From Mobula hypostoma (taxonomy: Eukaryota), in contig NC_086097.1 in NCBI RefSeq assembly GCF_963921235.1, positions 137,766,001-137,830,000 on the forward strand: a DNA stretch of 64,000 nt. Direction: 5' to 3'. Below are positions 25,821 to 39,050 of the stretch, one piece after another. The notes below the pieces were generated by a model that was not told the origin of the DNA, did not search any database, and was given only the letters and a program-made list of their open reading frames with translations. The position numbers and the translations under genes are program-made. Position 1 is the first letter of the stretch; each line of letters opens with the position of its first letter.

Positions 25821-26490
25821 GTGCAACACTTCACTTGTGAGTCTGTTTGGGTCATCTATGGCATCTGGTGCTCCCGGTGCGGCCTCCCCTACACTGGTGA
25901 AACCCGACGCAGATTGGGGGACCGCTTCGTTGAGCACCTCCGCTTTGTCCGCCACAACAGACAGGATCTCCCAGTAGCCACCCACTTCAACTCTGCTTCC
26001 CACTCCCATTCAGATATGTCCATACATGGCCTCCTCTACTGCCATGATGAGGCTAAACTCAGGTTGGAGGAGCAACACCTCATATACCGTCTAGGTAGTC
26101 TCCAGCCCCTTGGTATGAACATAGAATTCTCCAACTTCCGGTAATTCCCTCCCCGCTCCCTTCCTCTATCCCTATGTCACTCTGCCCCCTCCCCCAGCTC
26201 CCTCATGGTTCCTCCTCCTGCCACTACCCATTGTGTTTTCCCCTATTCCTCCTTCACCTTTCCAGCCTATCACCTCCCTGCTTCCCCTCCTCCACCCCTT
26301 TATCTTTCCCCTTACTGGTTTTTCACCTGGAACCTACCAGCCTTCTCCTTCCCACCCTCCCCCCACCTTTATAGGGCCTCTGCCCCTTCCCTCTACAGTC
26401 CTGACGAAGGGTTCTAGCCCGAAACGTCGACCGATCTTTTCCACGGATGCTGCCTGACCTTCTGAGTTCCTCCAGTGTGTTGTGAGTGTT
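25821..26490 (+). mobile_element. Penelope-like element 3' part: GIY-YIG endonuclease, polypyrimidine 3' UTR and pLTR hammerhead
   Basis: VIYGIWCSRCGLPYTGETRRRLGDRFVEH...VATHFN...EEQHLI..LGSLQPLGMN in ORF 25740..26144, then a C/T-rich tract and the hammerhead motif. Confidence 0.92.
26398..26431 (+). ncRNA. Minimal type I hammerhead ribozyme (Penelope-type)
   Basis: gtc-CTGACGA-a-ggg(ttctag)ccc-GAAA-cGTC^gac. The core is intact, stem I is 3 bp, and the very short stem III region is typical of dimer-dependent PLE hammerheads. Confidence 0.8.
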
Positions 26491-26689
26491 TTTTTCCTCT
26501 GGATGATCTTTCAATAGCAAATGTTGGTTCTTTGCTTATGTGCAGTAATAAATTCTCTGGGGAGAGAAGTGCCAGAGAAATAGTTTGATGCAACTATTTC
26601 TTGACTTGTCTAAGCACATGAATTTTCATTTTAAGTTCACCAATGTATAATTCCCAATGCAAGTTAAACGTAACGCATTCATTCCCTGG

Positions 26690-29600
26690 CCTCTTGGCAC
26701 AAAACTAATATGGCAGGGGGATGGGAACCAGGATGATAGAGCTGAGGATGAGCCACTATGTTTACAAGTAGATGACGGGTGTGACATGAATGTAAGGAAG
26801 GACAAGCCAATGATTGGGTACAGATGTAGACAGAGCAAAGAGTTAAATTGTACCACAAAGGCAAGATTCAAAAGGGCGAAGAATACAGGACTAAAAGTGC
26901 CGTATCTGAATGTACGTAGCATTCATAATAAGGTGGATGAGCTCATGGCACATAGAGATTGGTCGATATGACATTATAGGCATCTGAGTCATGGCTGAAA
27001 GAAAACCATAGTCGGGAGCTTAACATCAAAGGATATACTCTGTATGGATAGGACAGATGGGTAGGCATGGGCAGTGGTTTGGCTCCGTAGGTAAGAAGTG
27101 GAATTACATATTTAGAAAGAGGACACATAGTGTCAGAGAATGTTAAATCTTTGTGGGTGGGGTTAAGAAATGGCAAGGGTTTAAAAAAAAGCATTATGGG
27201 AATTATATATATGCCTCCAAATAGTAGCCAAGATGTGGGGTTGAGATTGCACAGGGAGCTGGAAAAAGCGTGTAATAAGGGTAATGTCACAATTGTAATA
27301 GGGGACTTGGAGATACAAGGGGATTGGGAAAATCAGGTTGGTTTCAAATCGCAACAGAGGGAATTTGTTGAACGCCTATGAAATGGCTTTTTAGAGCAGC
27401 TTGTACTTGAGCCTACTTGGGGAAAGGCTTTCCTTGATTGGGTTTTATATAATAACCCAGATCTTATTAGGAACTTAATGTAACAGAACCCTTAGGAGGC
27501 AGTGATCATAATATGATTGAATTCATACTGAAATTTGAGGGACAAGCATAAGTCACATGTATCAGTATCACAATAGAATAAAGGGAATTAGAGAGGCATG
27601 AGAGAGGATCCTGCCCGGAAGAGGATACTGGCAGGGATGATAGCAGAGCAGAGATGGCTGAAGTTTCTGGGAATAGTTCACAAGGCGCAGGATAGATATG
27701 TCCCACAGAAGAAGTAGTTTTCAAATGGCATGGGTAGGCAACCATGGCTGACAAGGGAAGTTAAGGACTGCATAAAAGCCAAGGAAAGGACATATAAGCT
27801 AACAAAACTGAGTGGAAGTTGGATGATTGGGAAGCTTTTAAAATCCAAAAAAGGCAACTAAAAAAGCTAAGAGAAAGGAAAAGATTAAATACAAGGGCGA
27901 ACTAGCCAATAATATAAAGCCGGATATTAGAAGTTTTTTCAGTTATATAAAGAGTAAAAGGGAGGTGAGAGTTGATATTGGACCGCAGGAAAATGATGCT
28001 GGTGAGGTAGTAATGGGGGACGAAGAAATGCAGATGAGCTTATTGGGTACTTTGTATCAGTCTTCACTGTGGAAGACACCAACCGTGTGCCAGAGGTCCA
28101 GGAGTGTCAGGTAACAGGAGAGAGTGCTTTTGCCATTACAAAGGAAGAAGTGCTAGGCAGACTCAAAGGTCTTCAGGTGGATAAGTCACCTGGACCAGGT
28201 GGATTACATCCCAGAGTCCTGAGAGAGGTTGCTGAACGGATAATGGATGCATTAGTCATGATCTTTCAAGAGTCACTTGATTCTGGCATGGTCCCAGAGG
28301 ACTGGAAGATTGCAAATGTCATTCCACTCTTTAAGAAGGGAGGAAGGCAAAAGAGAAGAAATTATAGGCCAGTTAACCCAACCTCAGTGGTTGGGAAAGT
28401 GTTGGAGTCCATTTATTAAGGATGTGGTTTCAGGGTACTTTGAGACTAATGATAAAATAAGTCAAAGTCAGCTTGGTTTCTGCAAAAGGAAATCTTCCCT
28501 GATAAATCTGTTGAGTTCTTCGAGGAAGTAACAAGCAAGGTGGACAAAGGAGAGGCGGTGGATGTCATTTACTTGGATTTTCAGAAGGCATTTGATAAGG
28601 TTCCACACATGGGGCTGCTTAACAAGATAAAATCCTATGGTGTTACAAAAAAGATATTGGCATGGATAGAGGAATGGCTCACAGGCAGGAGGCAGCGAGC
28701 TGGAATAAAGGGGCCCTTTTCTGGTTGGCTGCCAGTGACTATCGGTGTTCCTCAGGAGTCAATATTGGGATCACTACTTTTGACATTGTTTGTCAATGAT
28801 TTGGATAATGGAGTTGATGGCTTTGTGGTAAAGTTTGCAGATGATACAATACGGATGGGGAGGTAGGTAGTGCTGGGGAAGCAATGTGATTGCAGCAGGA
28901 CTTAGACAAATTGGAATATTGGGCCAAAAGAATGACAGATGGAATACAATGTTGGGAAATGTATGATATATTTTGGTAAAAAGAACAGTAGTGTGGACTA
29001 TTATCTAAATGAGGAGAAGGTTCAAACATCAGAGGTGCAGAGGGACTTGGGAATCCTCGTGTAAGACTTTCAGAAGGTTAATTTACAGGTTCACTCTGTG
29101 GTAAAGAAGGCAAATACAATGTTGGCATTTATTTCAAGGGGAGTAGAATATAAAGGCAAGGAGATGATGCTGAGGCTTTATAAGACACTACTCAGGCCGT
29201 ACTTGGAGTATTGTCAACAGCTTTGGACCCTGTATCTCAAAGGATGTGTTGTCATTGGAGAGGTTCCAGAGGAGGTTTACAAGGATGATTCTGGAAATGA
29301 ATTGGTTAATGTATGAGGAGCATATGTTTGGGCCTGTACTCACTGGAATTTAGAAGAATGTGCTGGGATCTCATTGAAACCTACTGAATGTTAAAAGGAC
29401 TAGATAGGGTGGATATGGAGAGGATGTTTCCTATGGTAGGGGTATCCAGAACTGGAGGGCACAGCCTCAAAATTGAGTGACGACCTTTTAGAACAAAGGT
29501 AAGGAGGATTTTTTTTTTTAGCCAGAGGGAAGTGAATCTGTGGAATGTTCTGCCACAGACTGCAGTGGAGGCCAAGTCCACGGGTGTATTTAAGGTGGAA

Positions 29601-29755
29601 GTTGATCGTTTTCTGATTGGTCAGGGCATCAAAGAATATGGCAAGAAGGCAGGCGTATGGGGTTGAGTGGGATCTGAGATCAGCCATGATAGATTGGCGG
29701 AGCAGACTCGATGGGCTGAATGGCCTAATCCTGCTCCTTTGATCTTATGGTCTAA
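26690..29755 (+). mobile_element. CR1 LINE, nearly complete ORF2 plus ORF1 tail, with many frameshifts
   Basis: YLNVRSIHNK (EN start), KSPGPGGLHPRVL, NYRPV, YLDFQKAFDKVPH, GVPQESILG and KFADDT, followed by a 3' UTR ending cttatggtct. Confidence 0.93.
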
Positions 29756-30736
29756 TTGTCAATTGCTGTATCATATTTCTGAATTACGAAGGTTCACTGA
29801 GCCCATATTTGTCAGTGTTCCTCTTTTCCATGGATGAATTTCCCATTATATGGGTTCTTTTCTCGGGGTCTCTGGTCAGATTAATGTCATATCCAGTATA
29901 TAATAGGTTTTGAATGAAAAACAGATCAAATATACTTCATGAGTAAAAGCTGAAAATGATTAATATTGAGATGTCAAGGCTATGGGCAGGAACTAGCCAA
30001 AAGGGATAGTTTCAAGGAATGTCATAAATGAGGAGAGAAGGGTTTTGGAAAGTGATTCCAGACATCGCCTTGGCAGTTGTAAACGCTCCTACCAGTAGTG
30101 CAACAATTAAAACTGGAGATGTTCAAGAGAACAGAATTGTTGGGGCATAGGTCTCAGAAGGGGGCTGGATGTGATTGCAAAGATAAAGAAGAGTGAGACT
30201 ACAAAAGGATTTGAAAGGCAAGATAAGTTTTACATTCCCTCGAGGATGTAAGATTAAGGAAAATCTGATTAAAATGCTTAAGGTTGAAGCAGTAGAGAGA
30301 GAAATTATCACCTCAGATGATTCTGCAACAAAGGAGCATTGCCTTGACATTATCACGCTCTTCATGAACGCTGTTTGGAAGCATTTCCCTATTTAGCAGG
30401 CAGTGAAAATCTGCAACTCCATTTCAAACAGATTTATAGCTTCATGTCAGAGAAGGGTGCCAGGAAAATGGTGTGTTAAGCTATCAGCTATGATCTCATT
30501 GAATGACAGAAGCAGCTCAAGGGGCTGAATGGCCTTCTAAGTTTTAATGCCTTGCTCTCATGTACAGATGTAGTAGTCCTTGCTTTGACCATTGTATTAA
30601 TTTGCTGTAAGTTTACATTTTCTGTTAATACTGCTTACATCTTGTCTCTGCCTACAATGAATATGCAGTTATGTTTGGGAACAATTCCACCAGTCAGTAC
30701 ATTTTGCTTTCTTTTTTCTTCGGTTGGTGGGTACAG

Positions 30737-30885
30737 GCAACACGCAGTTGGCACTACAGATCATCAAAAGGAATCAGTTACTACCCTCGGTGAAATCCCT
30801 GAGTTCAGATGTGAAGAAGAAGCCGGTGTTTCAGTCCATCCAGACCGTGCAGCCACCAGCATTCAGCACTGTCCAGCGGAAGTGA
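30737..30885 (+). CDS. CNOT10: CNOT10 terminal coding exon: (G)[48 protein letters not shown]
   Basis: TACAG acceptor; TGA stop at 30883-30885; C-terminal TVQRK as in vertebrate CNOT10. The 14 exons sum to 1647 nt in one frame. Confidence 0.97.
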
Positions 30886-31749
30886 GTCTGCGGTACTAAA
30901 ATCCATTTGCTGCCTTCAGGACTGTTCCCGTGCTGGGGAAGAGGCTCGGGTTGGAGGGGAAAACCCACCAAGCACTGCAGTTCTCAGCCATCGAACGATG
31001 GAGAATAGGAATTTTTTGAACATCCAGTGCTAGGTATACAAGAACCAGTCAGTATAGGGTTGATCGACCTTGGACTCAAATGCTCACTGAAGGTAAAACA
31101 TGCACAGTTTCCGTGTGTTTCTGGAATTTGGAGGTTTATCAAGTTTTTAATATTTTGTTTTATGATAATGGTTTGTAACTGCAATATTTATAGCTGAACA
31201 GATGTGTTTCCTGTTATATTAGCAGCAATTAAAGTAATCCAATGAAAACCTTATATGCTAAAGAACACTTTCATATGACAATTTAGTTGTCCATCTCATA
31301 TGGTGCATATGTTATAAAATTCTTCTCAACATCTTGCCCGTTAATTGAACTGTCATGGAATTGCTGATTGAGTTTGATTCTGGAAGTACAATTAGCAAAA
31401 TTAAAATGATGGAACTATTCTTCCCACTAAGCAGAGTTTTACAAATCCTCTTGGTTCACCTTCTAAAGTTAGTGATGTTATCTGCCTGAGCTTAGTAGAC
31501 AACGAGAAGAGGGGAGGCTGAACATTTGAGGTACTATAGAATATCTTTAGGAATGCAATTTCCTTGAGTATCACAGATGTTCTAATGTGAGTTTTACTAA
31601 CTAGTTGAAGTCCTGTCTTAATCAAGCCAGTGACATTTTGTAAATAGTGTTTTACCTGGCCTTCATTTCTTGCTGCTTTTCAGCAGTAACTACTTTTTCT
31701 TTCTGGAAATATACCATGTAAAGAAGCCTAGAGAAAGAAACTTGTAAAA

Positions 31750-31781
31750 AATAAAATATTGAAATTTATCAGATTAATAAA
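31750..31781 (+). terminator. Candidate polyadenylation signals of CNOT10 (two AATAAA)
   Basis: AATAAA at 31750-31755 and 31776-31781, about 0.9 kb after the stop and following an AT-rich putative 3' UTR. An alternative ATTAAA lies at 31228. No transcript evidence is available. Confidence 0.5.
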
Positions 31782-32788
31782 TGAAGAAGGCATTGTCATG
31801 AATTTTTGATCCAGGAATTCGTAAAAGGAACCAAAATGAAATGTGCTCTCTCTTCACTTACTTTACCAATTTCCAGCATGGCTGTCAAAGGATTCTGAGA
31901 GAGCAGGGAGAAAGGGAATCGAGGTGTAGAAAATGCAGAGCCACCGGAAAGAGCTGGGATTAGGAACTGACTAGATTACACCTGCAGGCAGCTGGCACAG
32001 ACTCGATGGCTTAGTGTTTGGAAGCAATATAGGGGGAGGACATCATTTGATTTTCTCAGAGAGCTCCTTGGCCGTGATAATTTTCCCAATGTGTAATTTT
32101 CAGTGCTGAAGCTAAGTTCAGCTGTTTGCGTTCAGTTAGACAGCATTGCTTCAGAACCTACCAAGAGCAGCATCCCAACCCACTTATCAGGTCTAATTGA
32201 TAGCAGAACAAGCTGCAATCTGGAGCTGTTGTGGCTCATGAATCCTGCCTACAGTCAGAAGCCCACTGGTGATATTAGATCAAGAGGGTAAGGTTCCAAT
32301 ATATCACAAACTGCCTGGTCAAACACGGGTACTCTTAAACATTGCAAATGAAATGATATTTTGGAAGCATAGTTGACTCTGATTGTGAATAAAGAACAAA
32401 TGTAAATTCTGCATTCTGCTCATTCACTGATAGTTTTGGTTGTGAACTTACTGCTTTTTGGATGTTTATAGCTGTGTTTCTTTGATTGCCTCACTTTCAA
32501 TGTATTAAGATGAAATGTTTGTAGGAACATTAGGATTGGAAGACACCATTCGGCACTTGATCTAGTTCAGTTTGATTATAGTGATTGGTATTCCAGCTTC
32601 CACTTAATAACCTTGCTCATTAAACCTCTACTAGCTGTTCATCTTTTGCCCTTCTGAATACATGATACCTTTGCTTGCATGATTTAAAACTGAACCTCTT
32701 GTTTTGGGAGAGATGTCCAAGGCCCATATTTTCTGCCAGTGCTGCATTGCCCAGATCATCCATTCCAGACAACCATATTGTCTCCTTA

Positions 32789-33421
32789 TTTAGATTATGA
32801 GGACACGCAGTCCTCTTTATTGTCATTTGGTAATGCATGCATTAAGAAATGATACAATGTTTTTCCGGAATGATATCACAGAAACACATGACAAACCGAC
32901 TTAAAAAACTGACAAAAACCACATAATTATAACATATGTTACAACAGTGTAAAGCAATACCGTAATTTGATAAGAACAGACCATGGGCACAGTCAAAGTC
33001 TCAGAGTCTCTCGAAAGTCCCATCATCTCACGCAGACGGTAAACGTCCAGTGCCGCCAAACTTGCCGATGCAGCATCCTGGAAGCATCCGAACACAGTCC
33101 GACTCCGAGTCCGTCCAAAAAACTCCGAGCCTCCGACCAGCTCTCCGACACCGAGCACCATCTCTGCTGAGCGCTTTGACCCCGGCCCTGGCAATAGGCA
33201 AAGCCGAGGATTTGGGGTCTTCCCCTCTGGAGATTCTCAATTGCACAGTAGCAGTGGCAGCGAAGCGGGCATTACAGAAGTTACTCCAAGTGTTCCTCCA
33301 TACTTCTTGCGTCTGTCTCCATCAAATCAGGATTGTGCATGGCCCCCTAGTTAACACATAATCGATATCATTCGGAACGGCCGCGCACGCTGCGTCACGC
33401 CGCCATCTTCTCCCTCCCTCC
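32789..33421 (-). mobile_element. ~630 bp CpG-rich non-coding LINE-derived element, copy 1
   Basis: Reverse complement of the 47218-47895 copy; starts GGAGAAGATGGCG and ends aataaagaggactgcgtgtcctcataatctaa. Confidence 0.85.
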
Positions 33422-33524
33422 TGGGGTTTGTATATCTGAGCGGCATGTTGTACAACTCAGGATTGAGCAGAGACTGACGGTCGGAGCAACAATCCTTATT
33501 CCAGAGTCTATCTTGTTTCTCTTC

Positions 33525-33820
33525 TATCTTATTTAGAGATACAACACGGAATAGGCCCTTCAGACACTTCAAACCGAGCCACCCAACAACCCACCGATTT
33601 AACCCTAGCCAATAATGGGACAATTTACAATGACCGATTAACCTACTAACCAGTACATCTTTGGACTGTGGGAGGAAACTGGAGCACCCGGAGGAAACCC
33701 TTGCGCATGGGAAGGATCGTACAAACTTGCTTACAGAGGACTTGTGGATTTGAACCCTGAACTCTGACACCCTGAGCTGTCACAGCGTCGTGCTGGCTGT
33801 TGCACTACCATGGTGCCACA
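33525..33820 (-). mobile_element. V-SINE
   Basis: ttggactgtgggaggaaactggagcacccggaggaaaccc V-domain (reverse) with a tRNA-like head near 33750-33815. Confidence 0.85.
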
Positions 33821-33860
33821 GTACTCCAACCACACACCCCTAACAACCTCGTACATGTAA

Positions 33861-35863
33861 TTTCCTACAACAGTAGCGTCTTAAATACTCGATCACAATC
33901 ATCCTCCCAACTGCCTCTATCTTCACACTACCCTGGATCCACCTGCTTCTCATTTCTTTTGACTGCCTTCATCAATCACCCACCTGTCCCCACGTCTCCA
34001 CTCCATCCCCTTTCCCACTCCTGGCTCAATATGCTTCATCCATCACCCCTCCTTGGTTCACCGATCACCTCCGGATCTGCTCCTCTCTTTGAACTGGTCA
34101 TCACCCTCTGTCCCGATGTATTGCTTTGACCCAAAATGACAACCTCTCCCACCTCCCCACCGCAGATGGTGTTCAACCCACAGTTCCTCTGACAAATTGT
34201 GGCTCCTAAATACTGACTTCTCCTGTCCTTAAACTATCAGTTCTAACTTTGTATGAACCATTCTTGCACAGTGCTCTAATTCTCTCTAATCTTTAAATAT
34301 CCATTCTAATATATGACCCACATGTGGGCACGTGGCCAAGTGGTTAAGGCATTGGACTAGCTACCTGAAGGTCGTGAGTTCGAGCCTTGGCTGAGGCAGG
34401 ATGTTGTGTCCTTGAGCAAGGCACTTAACCACACATTGCTCTGCGACGACACTGGTGCCAAGCTGTATGGGTCCTAATGCCCTTCCCTTGGACAACATTG
34501 GTGTCGTGGAGAGGGGAGACTTGCAGCATGGGCCTGCGCCCTGGAGAGTGAAGACTTTCCCCTCGCAGATCCATGGTCTTGCAAGACTATTGGATGCCTT
34601 TACTTACCTTATATAACCCTAAAGAAGGGAAATGTTTTTACAAAGGCTCTGAACACCGTAAGTTGAATGGGATGGATTTCAGACCCCTTCCAGCAAGAAT
34701 GGAGCAGTTAATCAGGTGCTTTTCGTTGAGTGCAAATAAAGCAAAGATGTGCATGTAAGCCCAAGTAGCAGACAAATGTATTATTCAAAATGATAAAAAA
34801 GATATGACAGCTTGGCTTTCTGCCCTCAGCATCAGTAGGAAGTTGAAATGGTGCCCAACCAACGTGTATACAAGTGATAATGACATACTAACCAGTTGCG
34901 TGGAGAAGAAAACTCCATTCTCCACACTCGGCTGCTCTCATTTGCTACTCCTGAGCAAAAAGACAGAAAAGAATGAAATATCTTTTATAATAGAAAACGT
35001 TGAAGGAAAATGAGTAAGCCTGTCTTCCTAATTCTTTGGCTATTCTAAGCTATTGGCCTCTTTAAAGTGAAAGTAGTTTGGCATAAGTGAGAGAACACTT
35101 GAAACAGTATCCTTGCAAGCTTCGGCCTGCTCAGTAATTAGAGCCATGATGTTTTCCATGTGATGAAAACTGTTTTAACATGGAACACTTCCGACACGCC
35201 CAAAGGCAGATACCACAGCCACCCTGACCTTAGAGTTCACTCTGGGTGCCAACCTAATGGCCCACCCATTCCGCAATGCCGAAGTATGCTGCCTCTGGGA
35301 GGAAAGAAAGATGACCCTATAACTCGGGCTGAGTGTGCATTATGGAATGCATGCTTTCCACACTGATACTGTGGATGAGATGCAAGGGAGGAGTCGTTTG
35401 TATTGAGCACAGATATGGGACTCAAAACAGAGGGAGCAGCCGCAAGTATTAAATGAATAAAAAGACTTTTTCCACAGTATCTTCCATATCTTGCAAAGGG
35501 TATTGCAACCAATAGAATATTTGAGACCCACAAATAATTTGTTAGAGGACCTGTGGGTTGAACACTAACTGTGGTGGGAAGGTGGGAGAAGTTGCTGATA
35601 TTTTGGGTTGAGGACAGAGGGGCAATGGCCAGGATAAAGAGGAGGGGGGGCAGGTCCGGAGGTGATTGGTGAACCAAGGAGGGGTGACGGACGATGAGTG
35701 TATTGAGCCAGGAGTTGGAAAGGGGATGGAGTGGAGACGTGAGAACAAGTGGATGATAGATGAAGACAGTCAAACGAAATGAGAAGCAGATGGATCCAGG
35801 GCGGTGTGAAGATAGAGGCAGTTGGGAGGATGATTGTGATTAAGACACTGCTGTTGTAGGAAA
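33861..35863. repeat. Inverted repeat: ~350-bp arms (33861-34214 and 35517-35863) with a ~1.3 kb spacer
   Basis: tttcctacaacag...atcacaatcatcctcccaactgcctctatcttcacac...gtgttcaacccacag is present on both strands. The arms resemble a decayed PLE-like 3' UTR. Confidence 0.85.
34320..34609 (+). mobile_element. tRNA-derived CORE-type SINE with candidate 10-bp target-site duplication
   Basis: A-box TGGCCAAGTGG, B-box GTTCGAGCC and core tgtgtccttgagcaaggcacttaacc. Flanks are tatatgaccc (34310-34319) and tatataaccc (34610-34619). Confidence 0.8.
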
Positions 35864-36379
35864 AGCAACAATGTAATAAAGAGTGGATAATCTGCTTCAG
35901 AAATATTGATTGTAGGATTAATGGGCCCTATAGCACTATGAAAAATTTCTCTGCTTTTTGAAGTATTATTGTAAGCAGCGGGGTACAGATGATGCATAAT
36001 TGAGTACTCTGAGTACTGTACTGCACTAGATTTTTGTGTACAGTTCATTGGGAGTGCACAAATCTAGGCTGACAGTTCATTCTACTCTGAGTCACGGCTG
36101 CTATATACAGCTTAAAGACTGCTAACATCCATAAAGCCTGTGATTTTTTTTTTGAAGGCAAGGCAACTTCGCATCAATTTCTGCTCGCATGTATCTGATT
36201 CTTCTGTAAGGTTTTGCTGCAAGTTCCAGGATCTTTGTTTTTGCACTTGATGGCTTTGCATACAGATTCATTGGAGGTCCTTGTGGGGGGTGTATTTGCT
36301 GAAAGTGGCTTTCACGATTGATTCATGACAGCCACTGGTATTGACCCATGTATTTGCTTTCAGATTGCCTTGTATGTGG

Positions 36380-38600
36380 AGCATAGAACAGGAGCAGGCC
36401 CTTCAGCCCACAATGTTGTGCTGAAGCAGGTAAATCAAATGGCCGATTAATCCCTTCTGCCTACACAATGTCCATATCCTTCCACATTCATGTGCCTATC
36501 TAAACACCTCTTAAATGTCCCTAATGTATCTGCCTCTACCACCACCCCAGGCAGTGCATTCTACCATCCACTACTATGTATATTTTAAAAAAAACTTGCC
36601 CCTTGCATCTCCTTTAAAATTACCCCCCCTCCACCTTAAAGGTATACCCTCTGGTATTAGACATTTCAACCCTGGGGAAGAGATGCTGTCTGTCTTCTCT
36701 ATCTCATTATCTCCTCTCATTGTCTTGGCAGATCTCCCCTCGGCCTCTGCAGCGCCTCTCATTTTAGCACTTGCCTCTGTTACAGGCGGCATCCTGGTAA
36801 GTCTTCTGCACCGTCTTCAAAGCCACAACATCCTTCCTGTAACGGGGCGACCAGAACTGGATGCAATACTCCAGATACAGCCGAATTTATGACTTTTGAT
36901 CTCAGTGCCTCGACTAATAAAGGCAAGCATGCTGTATGTCTTTTTAACCATCCAATCAACTTGTGTTGCTACTTACAGGGAGCTGTCAACTTGGACTCCA
37001 AGATTCCTCTGCTCGTCAACACTGTTGAGGGTCTTGCCCATAACAGTGTCCTCTCTCTTTACATTTGACTGACCAAGGTACAACACTTCACATCTGGCCA
37101 GGTTAAACTCCATCTGCCATCTCTCTGCTCAAATCTGCATCTGATCTATATCCCACTGTACTCTTTGCCAGTCGTCTACACTCTCCACAGCACCACCAAT
37201 CTTCATGTCAACTGCAAACTTGCTAACCCATCCTTCTATATTTTCATTCAGGTCATTTACATCACTAACAGCAGAGGCTACAGTACAGATCCCTGCCGAA
37301 TGCCACTAATCACAGTCCTCCATCTAGAATAAGTCCCTTCAGTCACTACCAGTCTTCTATGGGCAAACCAGTTCTGAATCCAAACCCAATTCACAATTCA
37401 CCATGATCTTAATCTGCTGGATGATCTTTCCCTAAGAGAACTTGTCAAATCCATGTGGACAATATCCACATCTACCTTCAACAGTCACTCCCATCACCTT
37501 GTCAAAAAACTCAATCAAATTAGTAAAACACGACTTGCCCCACACAAAGCCATGGTGCTTCTCCCTAATTAGGTCATGGTTTTCTAAATGCTCATAAATC
37601 CTATCCCTAAGATTCACTCGGGTAACTGCTCTGCCACTGACCTGAGACTCACCGGTCTATAGTTTCCAAGATTATCCCTGGTTCCCTCCTTGAACAACGG
37701 AACAATATTAGCTACTTGCCAATCTTCCAGGAATGGCTAGAAAGGACACGAAGATATTGGTCAAGGCTCCAGCAACCTCTGCACTTGCCTCTCACGATAA
37801 CCTGGGGTATATTCCATCAGGCCCTGGGGACTTGCCTACCTTAATGCTTTTTAAGAGACCCAACACTACCTCCTCATTTACTTCGTAATGCTCTAACAGA
37901 TTCATGCTCTTGGCATTGATCTACCTATCCTCCATGCCTTTCTCCTAGGTAAATATCTTTCCTCTTTCTTGACTAAATTCATCACTTCCTTGACATTCAA
38001 TGTTATCTTACTTTGCCATCCATAACCTTCCTTTGGATTGGAAAGTACCTGTCCTGTAAAACTGTGCAATTGGTAATTAAACACCCTATACATGCTGGAT
38101 GCGGACTTGCCCATAAACAGCTTTTCCCAATTAACTCTCCCTAGTTCTTGGCTAACGCTCTTGCAATTTACCCTACCCCTGTTTAATACTCTCCCACAAG
38201 GTCCATACTTATTTTTATCTATAACTATCTTAAAACTTAAGGAGTTGTGGTCACTGTTCTTAACTGCTCCCCCTCTGAAAGGTTGGTCACCTCCCAGGCT
38301 CATTATCCAATACCGTATCCAGTACAGCGCCTCCTCCTGTTGGACTATCTACACATTTATTTAAGAAATTCTCCTGGATGAACCTAACAAATGCTGTCCC
38401 ATCTAAACCTCTTGCGAGAAGGAGGTCACAGTTTACATCAGGGAAGTTTAAAAAGTCCCCATGACAACAGCCCTATTGTTTTTACACTTTTCCTTAATCT
38501 GCCTGCACCTCTGTTCCTCGATGTCCTGGTGCCTACTTGGGGAGGGGGGGGGTGTGGAATCTGTGATATAATTCCATCACACTGATTGCACCCTTTGTAT
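36380..38600 (-). mobile_element. CR1 LINE ORF2, heavily decayed
   Basis: HGFVWGKSCFTNLIEFFD, SDHNSLSF and FKGDARGKFF remnants on the minus strand. Confidence 0.85.
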
Positions 38601-38629
38601 TTTTGAGTTCTACCCAAGAACAAGCTCCA

Positions 38630-39050
38630 TCATGCTGAGCACTGGTGCACCCCTCCCAGGGCTGAGTGCTCAGGCCGCTGCTAAACTACAATTGCACTGC
38701 TAGATGATACAACAGTGGTTGGTCTGGTCATGAAATGATGAGTTAGCATGCAGAGAGGAGGTAGAGAGGCTTGTGAAATGGTGTGAGAGCAACAACCTGA
38801 GTCTCAATGTGGACAAGACAAAAGAGATGATTGTGGACTTCAGGAAGGCACAGGCCAGCCATCTCATTTCATATCATTGGCTCTGCATGGAGAAAGTGAA
38901 GGACACAAAGTTCTTTGTTGTGTACACAACAGAAGATCTAACCTGGACCCCAGTGTCTCCTCATTACTCAAGAATGCACAGCAGTGCCTACTTATTCTGG
39001 GAAGCTTTGTACGTCTCATTCTAACAACTTTCTACAGTAGCACCATGTCT
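38630..39050 (+). mobile_element. Rex/Babar-type RT fragment
   Basis: actggtgcaccc..ccagggc (TGAPQG) and WCESNNLSLNVDKTKEMIVDFRK. Confidence 0.8.

Noticed and set aside
34326..34398. tRNA-like sequence with A and B boxes
   Set aside because: It runs into a CORE-like domain and tail with a flanking duplication, and no convincing acceptor stem forms. It is a SINE head, not a tRNA gene.
35237..35773. 178-aa minus-strand ORF
   Set aside because: Half of it lies in the repeat arm, it has no ATG start, and it shows no recognisable protein motif.
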